Of a DNA stretch of 64,000 nucleotides, positions 20,048-30,045 are shown piece by piece. Position 1 is the stretch's first letter; each line of letters opens with the position of its first letter. The notes below the pieces were generated by a model. That model was not told where the DNA came from. It saw only the letters and a list, made by a program, of their open reading frames with translations, and ran no database searches. Source of the stretch: an uncultured virus (IMG/VR IMGVR_UViG_3300005460_000001) (lineage: Duplodnaviria; Heunggongvirae; Uroviricota; Caudoviricetes); IMG/VR virus record IMGVR_UViG_3300005460_000001, positions 62,001 to 126,000 of that record; one strand, given 5' to 3'. Both the position numbers and the translations under genes were made by a program.

Positions 20048-21310
20048 ATGGATACAGATAGAATTATTATAGAAAATGGAGAAATGAAATATGACTTTGG
20101 TTACTTGTTAAAGGGTTTATCTAGCATATATGATAGAGATGCAGCCATAAGATCCAAAGCTAGAGAAACTATTATAGATGAATTAAATAAGTTTTTTACG
20201 GATATCAGATGTTCAGATGTAAAAATATCTGACAATACCGATAATGACTTCTTTGGCGTTCAAATTATACCATATTTTAGAGACTCATCTGCTATGGCTT
20301 CACAAATGATGAATCCTGACATGTTTAATATCAAGAGTTCAGAAATTAAATTTGACCACTATGCATTAGATATAGATAGTAAAGTATTTGATGAAGTGTA
20401 TGAATTCTCTCCGTTAGTTCTCGCCGCATTGATTATACATGATATAAATGCAATTAATAATCCGCAAGTTGTAAAAGACTTTGTTGCTGCTATTGACTAT
20501 GTATCCGTAAAGTCAGGAGTTTTACTTAGACAAAATGATATACAACTTGATCAATACCTGATGCAATTTGTAATGACAGAGTATGTAAGAAAAGTAACAT
20601 CTTCATTTGAATTATGTAACGAAAATTTAGTGCTTGCTGATGATTTCATTAGAAATTACGGTCTCACAGAAGCCTATGACCGTGGAATAGAGTGTGTCAA
20701 AAAAGCTAAAAACAATTTAAAGGATCAGATATGTTGTCCTACACTTATCATTAACTGGTATTTATCAGTATACAGATATTCGGGAAATCTGTTTGACCAA
20801 AAGACAGAAATTTCGGATGTTATTGAAGATTCTATTAGGCTCTGTGGTTCTAAATTACTGAGAAAGCTTATGGTAGCTATAGTTGACTATAATAATACTT
20901 CATATGATAGAAATATTAGAGATTATAGAACAGCATTAACTGAATCTTCTAAAAAGAAGTCTTCATTGTTTACCCAAATTAAAAAGTCTGGAATGAAATC
21001 TATAGAAGACGATGTATATGAATATCGTATAAGAATAAAGAATATTCAAACGGAATATGAAGCATTAAATCTTATGCGTGAGCTTAATGGAAGAATGGTT
21101 ATAATAACGGATTATTTGGATAATGAAGAGGAGTTATCAGAGCATGAAAAAGAAAGACTTTATAAATTGTATGATAAATATGATAATCTCAGAGAAGAAC
21201 TTTCTAAGCAGCCTATATATAATAGAAAGATGTATGGATTATTTGTAGATTACAATGCTTTAAAGCAGATGTCAGATGCTAATATGACTACCATGAACAC
21301 TTATTATTAA
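20048..21310 (+). CDS. probable virion structural protein
   Basis: ORF with RBS and an AACA-N7-TA promoter variant at 20013. Confidence 0.6.
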   Translation: MDTDRIIIENGEMKYDFGYLLKGLSSIYDRDAAIRSKARETIIDELNKFFTDIRCSDVKISDNTDNDFFGVQIIPYFRDSSAMASQMMNPDMFNIKSSEIKFDHYALDIDSKVFDEVYEFSPLVLAALIIHDINAINNPQVVKDFVAAIDYVSVKSGVLLRQNDIQLDQYLMQFVMTEYVRKVTSSFELCNENLVLADDFIRNYGLTEAYDRGIECVKKAKNNLKDQICCPTLIINWYLSVYRYSGNLFDQKTEISDVIEDSIRLCGSKLLRKLMVAIVDYNNTSYDRNIRDYRTALTESSKKKSSLFTQIKKSGMKSIEDDVYEYRIRIKNIQTEYEALNLMRELNGRMVIITDYLDNEEELSEHEKERLYKLYDKYDNLREELSKQPIYNRKMYGLFVDYNALKQMSDANMTTMNTYY

Positions 21311-21321
21311 AACATATTTAT

Positions 21322-21441
21322 AATAGCTGCTGGTTAATCGGGGTCGGATGCAAAAAGGTTGGCTGGTGGCTATTAAATGGCATTTTTGGTGCCTCCTGGG
21401 TGGAATTATAGAGGGCCGAAGCGACCGGCCCTCTGTATTTT
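21322..21441 (+). ncRNA. candidate structured small RNA
   Basis: late promoter at 21311-21322, 16-bp GU-rich stem (21324-39/21357-72), second hairpin, terminator 21407-21441. Confidence 0.5.
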
Positions 21442-21501
21442 ACCTACTTCGTATTTTGTTTTTGCATGATAGTTCTCTAACAAAAGGTTCCGGTAGCACA
21501 A

Positions 21502-21951
21502 CTAGGTGCTACCGGGATCTTTTTCACTTTTATCTTTCGTGGTTTCGGCTGAGTCAATAGCATCTGGAAGTCGAGCATTTTCTTTCTCTGCCATTGACGC
21601 GACATCCTTAATTATTGGATCTGCACTCTTAGCGAATATCTTTAATAGACTAGTCATAAACTTTCCATTTAATGCGAATTTGATAATGACATAAGCCCAC
21701 ATTCCTAACAATATGCATACCACTGCGTATATACTAAATGGAATATTTATTTTTAAATAATCCGCAGCCGCGCACATTAAAAATGTCGAGAATATCGTGG
21801 AAGCCACGATTTTCGGGATGTTCAATGCACTATTTTTCTTTGATGAGGTCATGGTTTCTCTTATCAGTGATCCCAATAAACACATCAAGAATGTAACCGC
21901 AAATCTATTGTATAAGAATTCCAATAGTATATCGAGAGTTATATTGTCCAT
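21502..21951 (-). CDS. multi-pass membrane protein
   Basis: three hydrophobic segments, charged C-terminus. Confidence 0.65.
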   Translation of the reverse strand: MDNITLDILLEFLYNRFAVTFLMCLLGSLIRETMTSSKKNSALNIPKIVASTIFSTFLMCAAADYLKINIPFSIYAVVCILLGMWAYVIIKFALNGKFMTSLLKIFAKSADPIIKDVASMAEKENARLPDAIDSAETTKDKSEKDPGST

Positions 21952-21989
21952 TATACCATCGATACCTCCTTATACATGTATTTAGCAAA

Positions 21990-23048
21990 TTATGATTTAG
22001 CACAATTTGGGTTATCATCTTTAGTTATTGTATCGCTGTCGTCTGTATCGACGCTTTCATTTTCATGCTCGACTATCATATTGTATAGGCTACAAAAATA
22101 GAAAATGAGTCCACACACTGCGATTACTAATGCGACTCCAAATAGGTATAGTATTCTAATAGTCTCAGAATATTCATCTCGTATTACTTCTATGATCTCA
22201 TCATCATCTGTTAGATAAGAAGCATTATTTATGATTTGATCATAAAGATTGAATTCCTGAACTATTATTATTTTATTATTATCTTGCTTTACTCCATGAA
22301 TTATATCTTCTTGTCCAAATATATCTCCATTACTGGTTATATAGTATGGAATATACACTTGATAGTTTCTAAGCCCATCTAAGCCTTCATTGAGATAAAC
22401 CTTTTTAACTTCATCATATGTAAATTCCTTTATCATTATATGAGAATCCTGCCCATTAATGAGATTATACGGTTCAAATGCAATAATTCCATTAGTACGA
22501 TTTAATAACTTATCGACGCTAACTTGTGCTAATGAACTGTTAAATGAATTCTCTATCTCATGTTCCCAAGATCTGTTAGTAATATGAGTATTACTGTTTT
22601 GGGATATAGTTTCGGCTCTTCGGTAATTAAAATCTTCCAAAACACCATTTGATGTCATAGCAAGCATACTATTTTTGGAATTATTAACACCTTTGAAATC
22701 CTTACCTTTTATATTATTATTAATTATTTCATGAAGAACTGGATTGTGAATATCATTACTCATGTCTTCTTGAATGTCTTTGAGCTGCTCTTTTGGCAAT
22801 GACAATAAATCTCTTTTGACATCTTCGCCTGTTTGATCCACCTCTTCTTTAGCTTCGTCCATAAGAATATCAAGATAAGTATATATAGAATTATACATAC
22901 TATTCTTTAAATATCTTATGTTGTTATCTGAAGACTTTTTGAGATCATTTATAACGTTCGTATAAAGGATAACAGACGAAGAGAAGGCAACAATAATAAA
23001 TATCATTAGTCTTATTAGAACTAATGACTTCTTATTTTTTTTATTCAC
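21990..23048 (-). CDS. membrane protein with large extracytoplasmic domain between two TM helices
   Basis: N- and C-terminal TM segments; late promoter at 23107-23118. Confidence 0.65.
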   Translation of the reverse strand: MNKKNKKSLVLIRLMIFIIVAFSSSVILYTNVINDLKKSSDNNIRYLKNSMYNSIYTYLDILMDEAKEEVDQTGEDVKRDLLSLPKEQLKDIQEDMSNDIHNPVLHEIINNNIKGKDFKGVNNSKNSMLAMTSNGVLEDFNYRRAETISQNSNTHITNRSWEHEIENSFNSSLAQVSVDKLLNRTNGIIAFEPYNLINGQDSHIMIKEFTYDEVKKVYLNEGLDGLRNYQVYIPYYITSNGDIFGQEDIIHGVKQDNNKIIIVQEFNLYDQIINNASYLTDDDEIIEVIRDEYSETIRILYLFGVALVIAVCGLIFYFCSLYNMIVEHENESVDTDDSDTITKDDNPNCAKS

Positions 23049-23189
23049 ACCGATTAATCCTCCTTTCTTTTATTATTTTTGATACGTGTGAACAACCATT
23101 ATAGGTTATATTAATGTTCTGCTACGCCAGTAGATAAAGTAATATACATCTAACTTATAAATAACTTTGTAGAAAGGAGGAGCACCAAT

Positions 23190-23594
23190 ATGACGGGAGA
23201 TGTTATGCAGCAGCTCTTAAACGAAGTGATACGTAATGTGGATATGGTTGTTTTGATCTGTCTCTTGGCTTTAGGGTTTTGTATAAAACACTTTAAGTTC
23301 TTAGCAAAGGTACAGAACGATCTCATTCCGCCGTTTTTGCTTTTCGTTGCTATTGTAATTGAGTTCATCCAGCATGGATTCTCTATTACTAGTATTGTGA
23401 TTGCCATAGTCACTACTGCTATAGCCATCGGTCTACATACCCAGGGGAAGAATATATTTACGGTTACCATAATTCCTAAAATTATTGAATTGCTAAAGGG
23501 AATTAGTAGTGGCATTGAAGATTCTCTTCTCGGGGAGGACGATGAATACGAATGCGACGTAGGTGAAGAAGAAGCAGGAGAAGATAGCGATTAG
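23190..23594 (+). CDS. putative holin
   Basis: 3 TM; LGFCIK...NDLIP..L...AIGLH pattern resembles Firmicutes phage holins; acidic tail. Confidence 0.6.
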   Translation: MTGDVMQQLLNEVIRNVDMVVLICLLALGFCIKHFKFLAKVQNDLIPPFLLFVAIVIEFIQHGFSITSIVIAIVTTAIAIGLHTQGKNIFTVTIIPKIIELLKGISSGIEDSLLGEDDEYECDVGEEEAGEDSD

Positions 23595-23664
23595 ATCATT
23601 ATAAAGCTGCATAATCCCGGAGGAGAAATCCTCCGGGATTTTTATTGTGAAGGGAGTAATTATA

Positions 23665-24258
23665 ATGAATAGATACGGAGAGATAAAAAGAGAAGAGAAG
23701 GGAACGAATATGTCTATTTGGAACGTGTTAAAGATTCAAAGAGAAAATGAATATAAAGAATACATCAACAATCACATTCGCAATGTGCACGTAGCATGGG
23801 ACAAATTAAAAGAAACCCCGGGATTCAAAGAGCTACTAATAGATGAATTGCATTTGACCGAGCATGAATATGAAAATATGATTCTTATTTTAGACCATGA
23901 CATTGATCAACACGATAGATCAAAATGGGATAGGGAAGAATTTGATGCATATAGAAAAGAATATTATTCCATTACACCAGAAGAAAAAGAAGGCAATAAA
24001 AATGATATAGAAAGAGCATGGAGACATCACTATACTCACAATCATCATCATTGGAATTGGTATCATGAAAATGGTTGTGAAAGCAAAATGCCTATGAAAA
24101 ATGTAATTCATATGGTTGTAGATTGGGAAGCGATGAGCTATAATCCGAATAATAGCAGCACAAAGGAATGGTATAATAAGAACAAGAAAGATATATACCT
24201 AGGGGAAAAACAAAGAAATTTTGCTGAAAAGCTAATGGGTTTAATGAATAACAAATAA
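23665..24258 (+). CDS. HD-like metal-dependent phosphohydrolase (DUF5662-like)
   Basis: H..NV, QHDRSK, AWRHHYTHNHHH, HMVVDWEAMS. Confidence 0.6.
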   Translation: MNRYGEIKREEKGTNMSIWNVLKIQRENEYKEYINNHIRNVHVAWDKLKETPGFKELLIDELHLTEHEYENMILILDHDIDQHDRSKWDREEFDAYRKEYYSITPEEKEGNKNDIERAWRHHYTHNHHHWNWYHENGCESKMPMKNVIHMVVDWEAMSYNPNNSSTKEWYNKNKKDIYLGEKQRNFAEKLMGLMNNK

Positions 24259-24296
24259 GAAGCCGGTTGTGGGTTTCTCCACAACCGGAAACTTTT

Positions 24297-25133
24297 TTAT
24301 ACTCTATTGCTGTCATTAATGTAACCTAAAATATACTCTTCTCCTCTTTTCAAGTCCTCTGCAGATTTTACAACCATATACCTCCCATTATACTTTTTAG
24401 CACTATAAATATAATAATCTCCAGTGATTGATCTAAATGGAACAGTATCATCTGGGTTCTTATATAGATTAACTGCATTTAATTTTATCCTGCTACCAGT
24501 TTTTGGAACTATAGCAGGAATATGCTCCTCTAAGTCCATTTTAGCCTTGACCTCTTCTGTTAAGGCATTTACATAAATCGGCTTTCCTCTAGAATTAAAC
24601 ACTGAATATCCAAGCCACTCGTCACATACCTTCTTAGCCTCATCCAAGTCAAAAGTAGCTATTTTCTCCGTCTTGTCTTTAAATGACTTCCTTACACGGT
24701 ATAGATCCATAAACGGCGTACTATCTATTTCTATTATCGTTCTTTTTCCACTGTACATATCTTTCAAAACTTTTTTATCAATCTCGTCTAATTGATATGC
24801 TTTGATTATTTCTATAAGAGTATTAATCTTATCTCCCAGTCTTAAAGATTTTACCACCGAAGTATAATCATAGTTCCCCAATACCCCTTTATAACCATTA
24901 GCTATAATCCCCATGTCTACAAAACAATCGAAACACTCTTCTATAGATTTGAAAATAAAGAGTTTATCAGTTTTCATACTTCTTAAATCTAGTGGATTAT
25001 TGTACAAAATCTCCCTCTTGCTATCTGATATTATAACCGATTCTGCTATAAGAATTGATGCTAATATTCTTCTATTTTGCATTGTTTCTATAGCTGCTGG
25101 CTTTACCAAATCTATTATTTCTAATCTATCCAT
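24297..25133 (-). CDS. degenerate GH73 glucosaminidase-like protein with Clostridial cell-wall-binding module
   Basis: ILASILIAESVIIS resembles LPS..IAQAILES; YRVRKSF...AKKVCD...GYSVFNSRGK module. Confidence 0.55.
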   Translation of the reverse strand: MDRLEIIDLVKPAAIETMQNRRILASILIAESVIISDSKREILYNNPLDLRSMKTDKLFIFKSIEECFDCFVDMGIIANGYKGVLGNYDYTSVVKSLRLGDKINTLIEIIKAYQLDEIDKKVLKDMYSGKRTIIEIDSTPFMDLYRVRKSFKDKTEKIATFDLDEAKKVCDEWLGYSVFNSRGKPIYVNALTEEVKAKMDLEEHIPAIVPKTGSRIKLNAVNLYKNPDDTVPFRSITGDYYIYSAKKYNGRYMVVKSAEDLKRGEEYILGYINDSNRV

Positions 25134-25196
25134 AAAGCAAATCTCCTTTCCTTAATTATTTTAGTGTTCTTGAGTTATATTAAAATAGTAATAAGA

Positions 25197-25216
25197 TTAT
25201 ATATTATATACATGAA
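25197..25216 (+). promoter_or_regulatory. candidate early promoter
   Basis: ttatatattatatacatgaa. Confidence 0.55.
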
Positions 25217-25273
25217 AGTGGAATAAAATAATTCCTAGAACTTATCATTAAATCACTAAGGAGGTAATTAGAA

Positions 25274-26023
25274 ATGGCATTAGGTAATGCAGACAACAAT
25301 TCAAGAAACAATAATGGGCCGGTAGTATTTTCATCTTATAACGCCGGAAACAGTACAGGAATGGATCCATCATCGATAAATTATACATTTATCAATCGTA
25401 TGCTTAAAATTGCAATCGCACCTCTTAAACAGGATAACGGCAGCGAAATAGCATATGACCATAAGAATGAAGCGTCTATATGGATCACACATACAAAGGC
25501 CAGGACTCTACTTAAGGAAATAAGAAGAGTTCAGAGTGGCGAAATCAAGAATGGAGGAGTTAACTCTGGAAAAGATGGACTTATTCGATTCTGCAATGGA
25601 GAAGAATTCGGTATCGATGGTCCGTGCCTTGTAATCAATAAGCTCAATGAAAATGGAGAGGTGCTGTCTACGTATATGTATCAATTCAAGAAAAAGCACC
25701 ATTATGGTATTGAAAACTTCAGCCAGGAAGATTCTAAACATAAGAAAGTGTATTATGATGATACAGAAGTAGAACAGCTTTGTGATCTTCTTGAGGAATA
25801 CTATAAAGCTATGAGCGGCGGGCCGGCTTATGCGATTATGGATGCTCAGTCATTTACTCAGACCCGTCAAGAAACTAAACTTGATCTGGTTATGAGTAAA
25901 CTTGGAATCGAATACAGGCAGGGGACTACATCTCGATCATCTTCGCAGCAGTCATTCTTCAATAATAATTCTTCCGAGCAGGGAAGAAGTATGAGGTCAT
26001 CGGCAATAGAAGACCTCGAATAG
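25274..26023 (+). CDS. hypothetical protein, possibly ssDNA-binding
   Basis: beta-rich core, low-complexity linker and acidic C-terminus (SAIEDLE); function is a guess. Confidence 0.45.
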   Translation: MALGNADNNSRNNNGPVVFSSYNAGNSTGMDPSSINYTFINRMLKIAIAPLKQDNGSEIAYDHKNEASIWITHTKARTLLKEIRRVQSGEIKNGGVNSGKDGLIRFCNGEEFGIDGPCLVINKLNENGEVLSTYMYQFKKKHHYGIENFSQEDSKHKKVYYDDTEVEQLCDLLEEYYKAMSGGPAYAIMDAQSFTQTRQETKLDLVMSKLGIEYRQGTTSRSSSQQSFFNNNSSEQGRSMRSSAIEDLE

Positions 26024-26084
26024 ATGATATCAATCATAGGGGTGCAGGTTTATCTTGCACTCCTTAAAATTTTTTGGAGGAAAA

Positions 26085-26735
26085 ATGGAAAAAATATATA
26101 TACCTTCTAATATGCTCTTAGATTTAGACCATGGATTATGCCGTATGTTAACCATAGCTTCTAATCAAGCAGTAGACGTGAATAGAATAAATTCCATTCT
26201 TAACAAAAGACAAAACCCATGCCCAATTGAGGAATTTATTATACAGTATCCAATAGTAAAATTAAATGGTTTAACCTCAGATTCATATCCGTGGCTAATG
26301 AATAACCATGGGGATATGATTATTAGCCTGTCACCATTTCATGGACCAATACTTAATATAGTCTCCACTGCTATTATAAGTGGACTATCTGGAGAAGTTC
26401 AATTTGTAATTGGATACGATAAAGACAAAGAAAATGATGTCTTAGAAAACTTAACCAGAGACTCAAAAATTCTATCATCGTCTAAGATAATTATTCCTAG
26501 AGAACACAATAAAAGTATAAATCTTAATGAGTTTGATACTATATTCGTTAAAGTTTTAGATGAAAATGTTTTAAGAAGATTTTCAGATGAAAACATAACC
26601 ATGAAAAAAATATATGTAGCAGACTATGATTTTAACGTCATACAAGATGACAATGGAAAGAGAGTAATACCATTAGAATATATGATGGAATTTGAAAAAT
26701 TAGGCTGCGTAGTATATACGATATCAATGTATTAA
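26085..26735 (+). CDS. hypothetical protein
   Basis: GGAGG RBS before ATG 26085. Confidence 0.7.
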   Translation: MEKIYIPSNMLLDLDHGLCRMLTIASNQAVDVNRINSILNKRQNPCPIEEFIIQYPIVKLNGLTSDSYPWLMNNHGDMIISLSPFHGPILNIVSTAIISGLSGEVQFVIGYDKDKENDVLENLTRDSKILSSSKIIIPREHNKSINLNEFDTIFVKVLDENVLRRFSDENITMKKIYVADYDFNVIQDDNGKRVIPLEYMMEFEKLGCVVYTISMY

Positions 26736-26748
26736 GGAGGAAAACAAA

Positions 26749-28488
26749 ATGGATATGAGATATACTAATATTGTTTCAAAAAATAAATTAAGAGAGGTGC
26801 AATTAGATACACTTCAGGTACTTGCCGATGCTGTTTCTCAAACTGCGGGTCCTTATGGTTCTAATACCCAGATACTTAAGCAGGGGTACGCTAATACGTA
26901 TACTAAGGATGGACACGATGTAATATCAGATATTCAGTTTTATCGACCTATTGAAGCGGGTATTCAGAAAGAGATGAAGGAGATCACCAGATACATTGTA
27001 AAGTCCGTAGGAGACGGAACCACTTCGGCAGTTATCCTGGCTTACAATATATTTAAAGGACTGTGTGATATTGAAAAAGAAAATCACGCTAGACCGTATC
27101 TGCTTATACGCCTGTTTCAAAAGGTTGTTAATAGCATGATTGAAAAGATTAAAACTAATACAAGAGAATGTACTATTGATGACATCTATGATATATGCAT
27201 GACTTCTACAAATGGGAATGAAGATGTTTCCAATGCGATTACTCAGATCTATCAAAAGTTCGGAAGAGGAGTTTTCATTGACGTAGCAGCATCTATGGAT
27301 GAACATCATCGTCTAAAAGAGTACGATGGTTTAACTCTTGGTAAAGGGTTTGCTTCTCCGGCGTTTATCAACACCCCGGATGGTAAATGCAAGATTCATA
27401 AACCGCGCATCTATTCATTCAAAGATAATATTGATGATGAAAATATGGTAGAGCTTTTCAAGGCAATCATATACTATAACATTCAGCAGCCAATGATGAA
27501 TGGAGATTATGATTCCTATGTTCCTACAGTTATTCTGGTGCCAAGTGTTACACGAGACATTCAGCAATGGCTCAAGGATATTGAGTTGATGATGTACAGT
27601 GCTGATGAGAATAAAATTCCAAAGCCGCCGCTTTGTATTGTGGCTCAATCAAACACTGTACAATTTCAATTAGATGATATTGTTACATTATGCGGTATTC
27701 CAGAAATCGGAAAGTATATTAATCCAGATATATATAAGAGAGATGTAGAGGAAGGAAAAGCTGCCACCATAGAAAATGTATATAAATTCTGTGGAACCGC
27801 AGAAGAATTTGTTTCCGATATCTCTAATTCAAGCTTTATCAGGCCAGGGAAAATGTTTGAAACCGACGAAAACGGAAAGGAAGTTTATTCTTCTGTATAT
27901 AAGGGATTGATTAATTTCTGTAAAAAGGAATTAAAGAATGCTCAGGATAACATGGAAGATGCTAATGTTACTGGTAACCTTAAGAGGAGACTTAATTCTC
28001 TTCAAGTTAACTTCGTAGAGTATTTTATCGGAGGAGTAACAGTAACAGATAGAGATTCATTAAGAGCTTCCGTCGAAGATGCCGTTCTCAACTGTAGATC
28101 CGCAATGAAAGATGGCGTAGGTTACGGTGCTAATGTCGAAGGATTACGATCCATTATTGAAGTGAAAAAGTTTGATGAGAAAGAACATCGGTTAGAAAGA
28201 AATATAGAGAATATTATCTATGAAGCATATAAGGAAACGATAACAAATCTTTATAAAACCTGTGTAGATGAGGACGAGGCACATGATTATTGCGGGACAA
28301 CACAAGACAAATATATGCCTCTTAACCTTGCAACTATGAGGTATGATGGAAAAGTGTTAACTTCCGCGATGACAGATATAGCTATTCTTGAAGCTATAAG
28401 TAAAGTTATAACTATCATGGTTACAGCAAATCAGTGTCTACTCCCATCGGCAAATCAAAATGTCTATAGAGACGAAGACGGTAACTAA
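26749..28488 (+). CDS. groEL: phage GroEL-like chaperonin
   Basis: TAGPYG, TKDG, VGDGTTSAVIL, VEDAV...GVGYGA motifs. Confidence 0.85.
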   Translation: MDMRYTNIVSKNKLREVQLDTLQVLADAVSQTAGPYGSNTQILKQGYANTYTKDGHDVISDIQFYRPIEAGIQKEMKEITRYIVKSVGDGTTSAVILAYNIFKGLCDIEKENHARPYLLIRLFQKVVNSMIEKIKTNTRECTIDDIYDICMTSTNGNEDVSNAITQIYQKFGRGVFIDVAASMDEHHRLKEYDGLTLGKGFASPAFINTPDGKCKIHKPRIYSFKDNIDDENMVELFKAIIYYNIQQPMMNGDYDSYVPTVILVPSVTRDIQQWLKDIELMMYSADENKIPKPPLCIVAQSNTVQFQLDDIVTLCGIPEIGKYINPDIYKRDVEEGKAATIENVYKFCGTAEEFVSDISNSSFIRPGKMFETDENGKEVYSSVYKGLINFCKKELKNAQDNMEDANVTGNLKRRLNSLQVNFVEYFIGGVTVTDRDSLRASVEDAVLNCRSAMKDGVGYGANVEGLRSIIEVKKFDEKEHRLERNIENIIYEAYKETITNLYKTCVDEDEAHDYCGTTQDKYMPLNLATMRYDGKVLTSAMTDIAILEAISKVITIMVTANQCLLPSANQNVYRDEDGN

Positions 28489-28547
28489 ATTAAAGTATAG
28501 GGATGCCAGATTCTTGACATCCCATTATTTTTTAAGGAGGAATAAAA

Positions 28548-29288
28548 ATGCCAAATTGGTGCTGTGGAAAGATTAGATTTTATGGCGCAAAACAAAATGT
28601 ACAGCGATTGTATGATGATATTCAATCGGCATTACAATATGATCGTAATAAAAGAATTTGGAATACTGTCAATATGTGGTATTTCCTTGAAAAGACCGGA
28701 TTTTCGCCTAGTGCCTATCTTAGTACTGAAAATGAGCGCAACGCTAAACTTATTAAAGATAAAAACAAAGACATCACAGATGAAGATTTAAATTTCGCAA
28801 CCTATTTAAGGCAGACAAATTTAAGAGCATATTTTATTGATTGCGATGTCATTTACGATGAATATGGCATGATGGGAATTGAAGTTCAACTGGAGTCTGC
28901 TTGGGACCTTGACCCTGCACTGTTACTTTTAATATCTAAGAAATATGAAGCCATATATGAATATGTTTCTTTTGAGCCGGGGTGCGGGTTCGCATCAAAG
29001 GGAGCTTATGGTTTTCTCCCACTTCCAGAAGAACAATTTATTCTTAGCGGTTATACAGAATGGAAAGAAGGAAATAACTATGAATACAAGTCGGTCGAAC
29101 AGCGTTTTAATAACAGAGCAGATGTAGAAAATGCAGAAAAACAGTTTAGACAAGCCAACTCGGATAATGAAGAACTATGGACAAGTATAATACCAATAGG
29201 ACCAGATCAAATACCTTGTATACTTGGAATGTATTATGAAGACATTAATTGCATACCAGGGATGGTTTATGATATAGAAATAAAATAA
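28548..29288 (+). CDS. Api92/YubB ferredoxin-like domain protein
   Basis: MPNWC N-terminus, ESAW, FEPGCGF; C-terminal double GMxY. Confidence 0.55.
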   Translation: MPNWCCGKIRFYGAKQNVQRLYDDIQSALQYDRNKRIWNTVNMWYFLEKTGFSPSAYLSTENERNAKLIKDKNKDITDEDLNFATYLRQTNLRAYFIDCDVIYDEYGMMGIEVQLESAWDLDPALLLLISKKYEAIYEYVSFEPGCGFASKGAYGFLPLPEEQFILSGYTEWKEGNNYEYKSVEQRFNNRADVENAEKQFRQANSDNEELWTSIIPIGPDQIPCILGMYYEDINCIPGMVYDIEIK

Positions 29289-29301
29289 AGGAGATGTTAC
29301 T

Positions 29302-29988
29302 ATGATAGCACCAGAATTTACTTGTGATGTGAGTTTTCAAGGACCCGAAGATAATATACAAAAATTGTTAGACGACATTCAAAATTCTATTGAAGTTGGA
29401 GATAGTATTATCAATATAAACAACGATCCAAATTTAGAATTCTTGTTAAAGAGGGCTGGGATTGATTTTGTATCATATTACTCCACAGAAAAAGATAATC
29501 TGTGGAATAAATACAAAAGTATGGGGCATAACTATGACGATTTCTCAGTAGTGTTTAATGAGGATTTGAAAACCAACTTTAATGCTAATTTTGAAGATAT
29601 AATGTGCTGCTACAATATTGGTCAAGGGAAAGCTAATTTAGATGTAAATATGAGTTTTTGTAAAAATGTAGATCCTAATGTATTGTTTCTGATATCCCAA
29701 GCTTATGGGTTGGATTCGTATCAATACGCTGGGTTTGAAGGTGTGAGGGGTATAGGAAGTAAAGGTTCATTTAATAATGAAGTACCTGATTTGGCATATG
29801 CTGTTATAGAAGCTATTAAACCCAACGGAGATACTTGTTTTTCTGGAATGTATACTGAAGAGGAATATAAGGCGTTGAGAACAAGATTTGATTATTTTAA
29901 ATTTAATTACACTCAAATTTCGTTACAAGAAAATACGGTTCATCCTTTAATACTTGGTATGTATTATGATGATTTTGAAGAGGAATGA
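29302..29988 (+). CDS. paralog of the preceding gene
   Basis: shared G...NIQKL.DDIQ, DP..L.LIS..Y, FE..G..SKG, ILGMYY segments. Confidence 0.65.
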   Translation: MIAPEFTCDVSFQGPEDNIQKLLDDIQNSIEVGDSIININNDPNLEFLLKRAGIDFVSYYSTEKDNLWNKYKSMGHNYDDFSVVFNEDLKTNFNANFEDIMCCYNIGQGKANLDVNMSFCKNVDPNVLFLISQAYGLDSYQYAGFEGVRGIGSKGSFNNEVPDLAYAVIEAIKPNGDTCFSGMYTEEEYKALRTRFDYFKFNYTQISLQENTVHPLILGMYYDDFEEE

Positions 29989-29996
29989 CTTCTAAA

Positions 29997-30008
29997 AACA
30001 TTTATGTA
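29997..30008 (+). promoter_or_regulatory. late promoter AACA-N6-TA
   Basis: exact motif. Confidence 0.7.
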
Positions 30009-30045
30009 AAGTTCTAAACTAATAAAACGAAAGGAAAAAAGAAAA

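Noticed and set aside
21348..21560. 70-aa ORF MQKGWLVAIK...
   Set aside because: No clear RBS; runs through a terminator and overlaps the convergent gene; RNA structure explains the region better.
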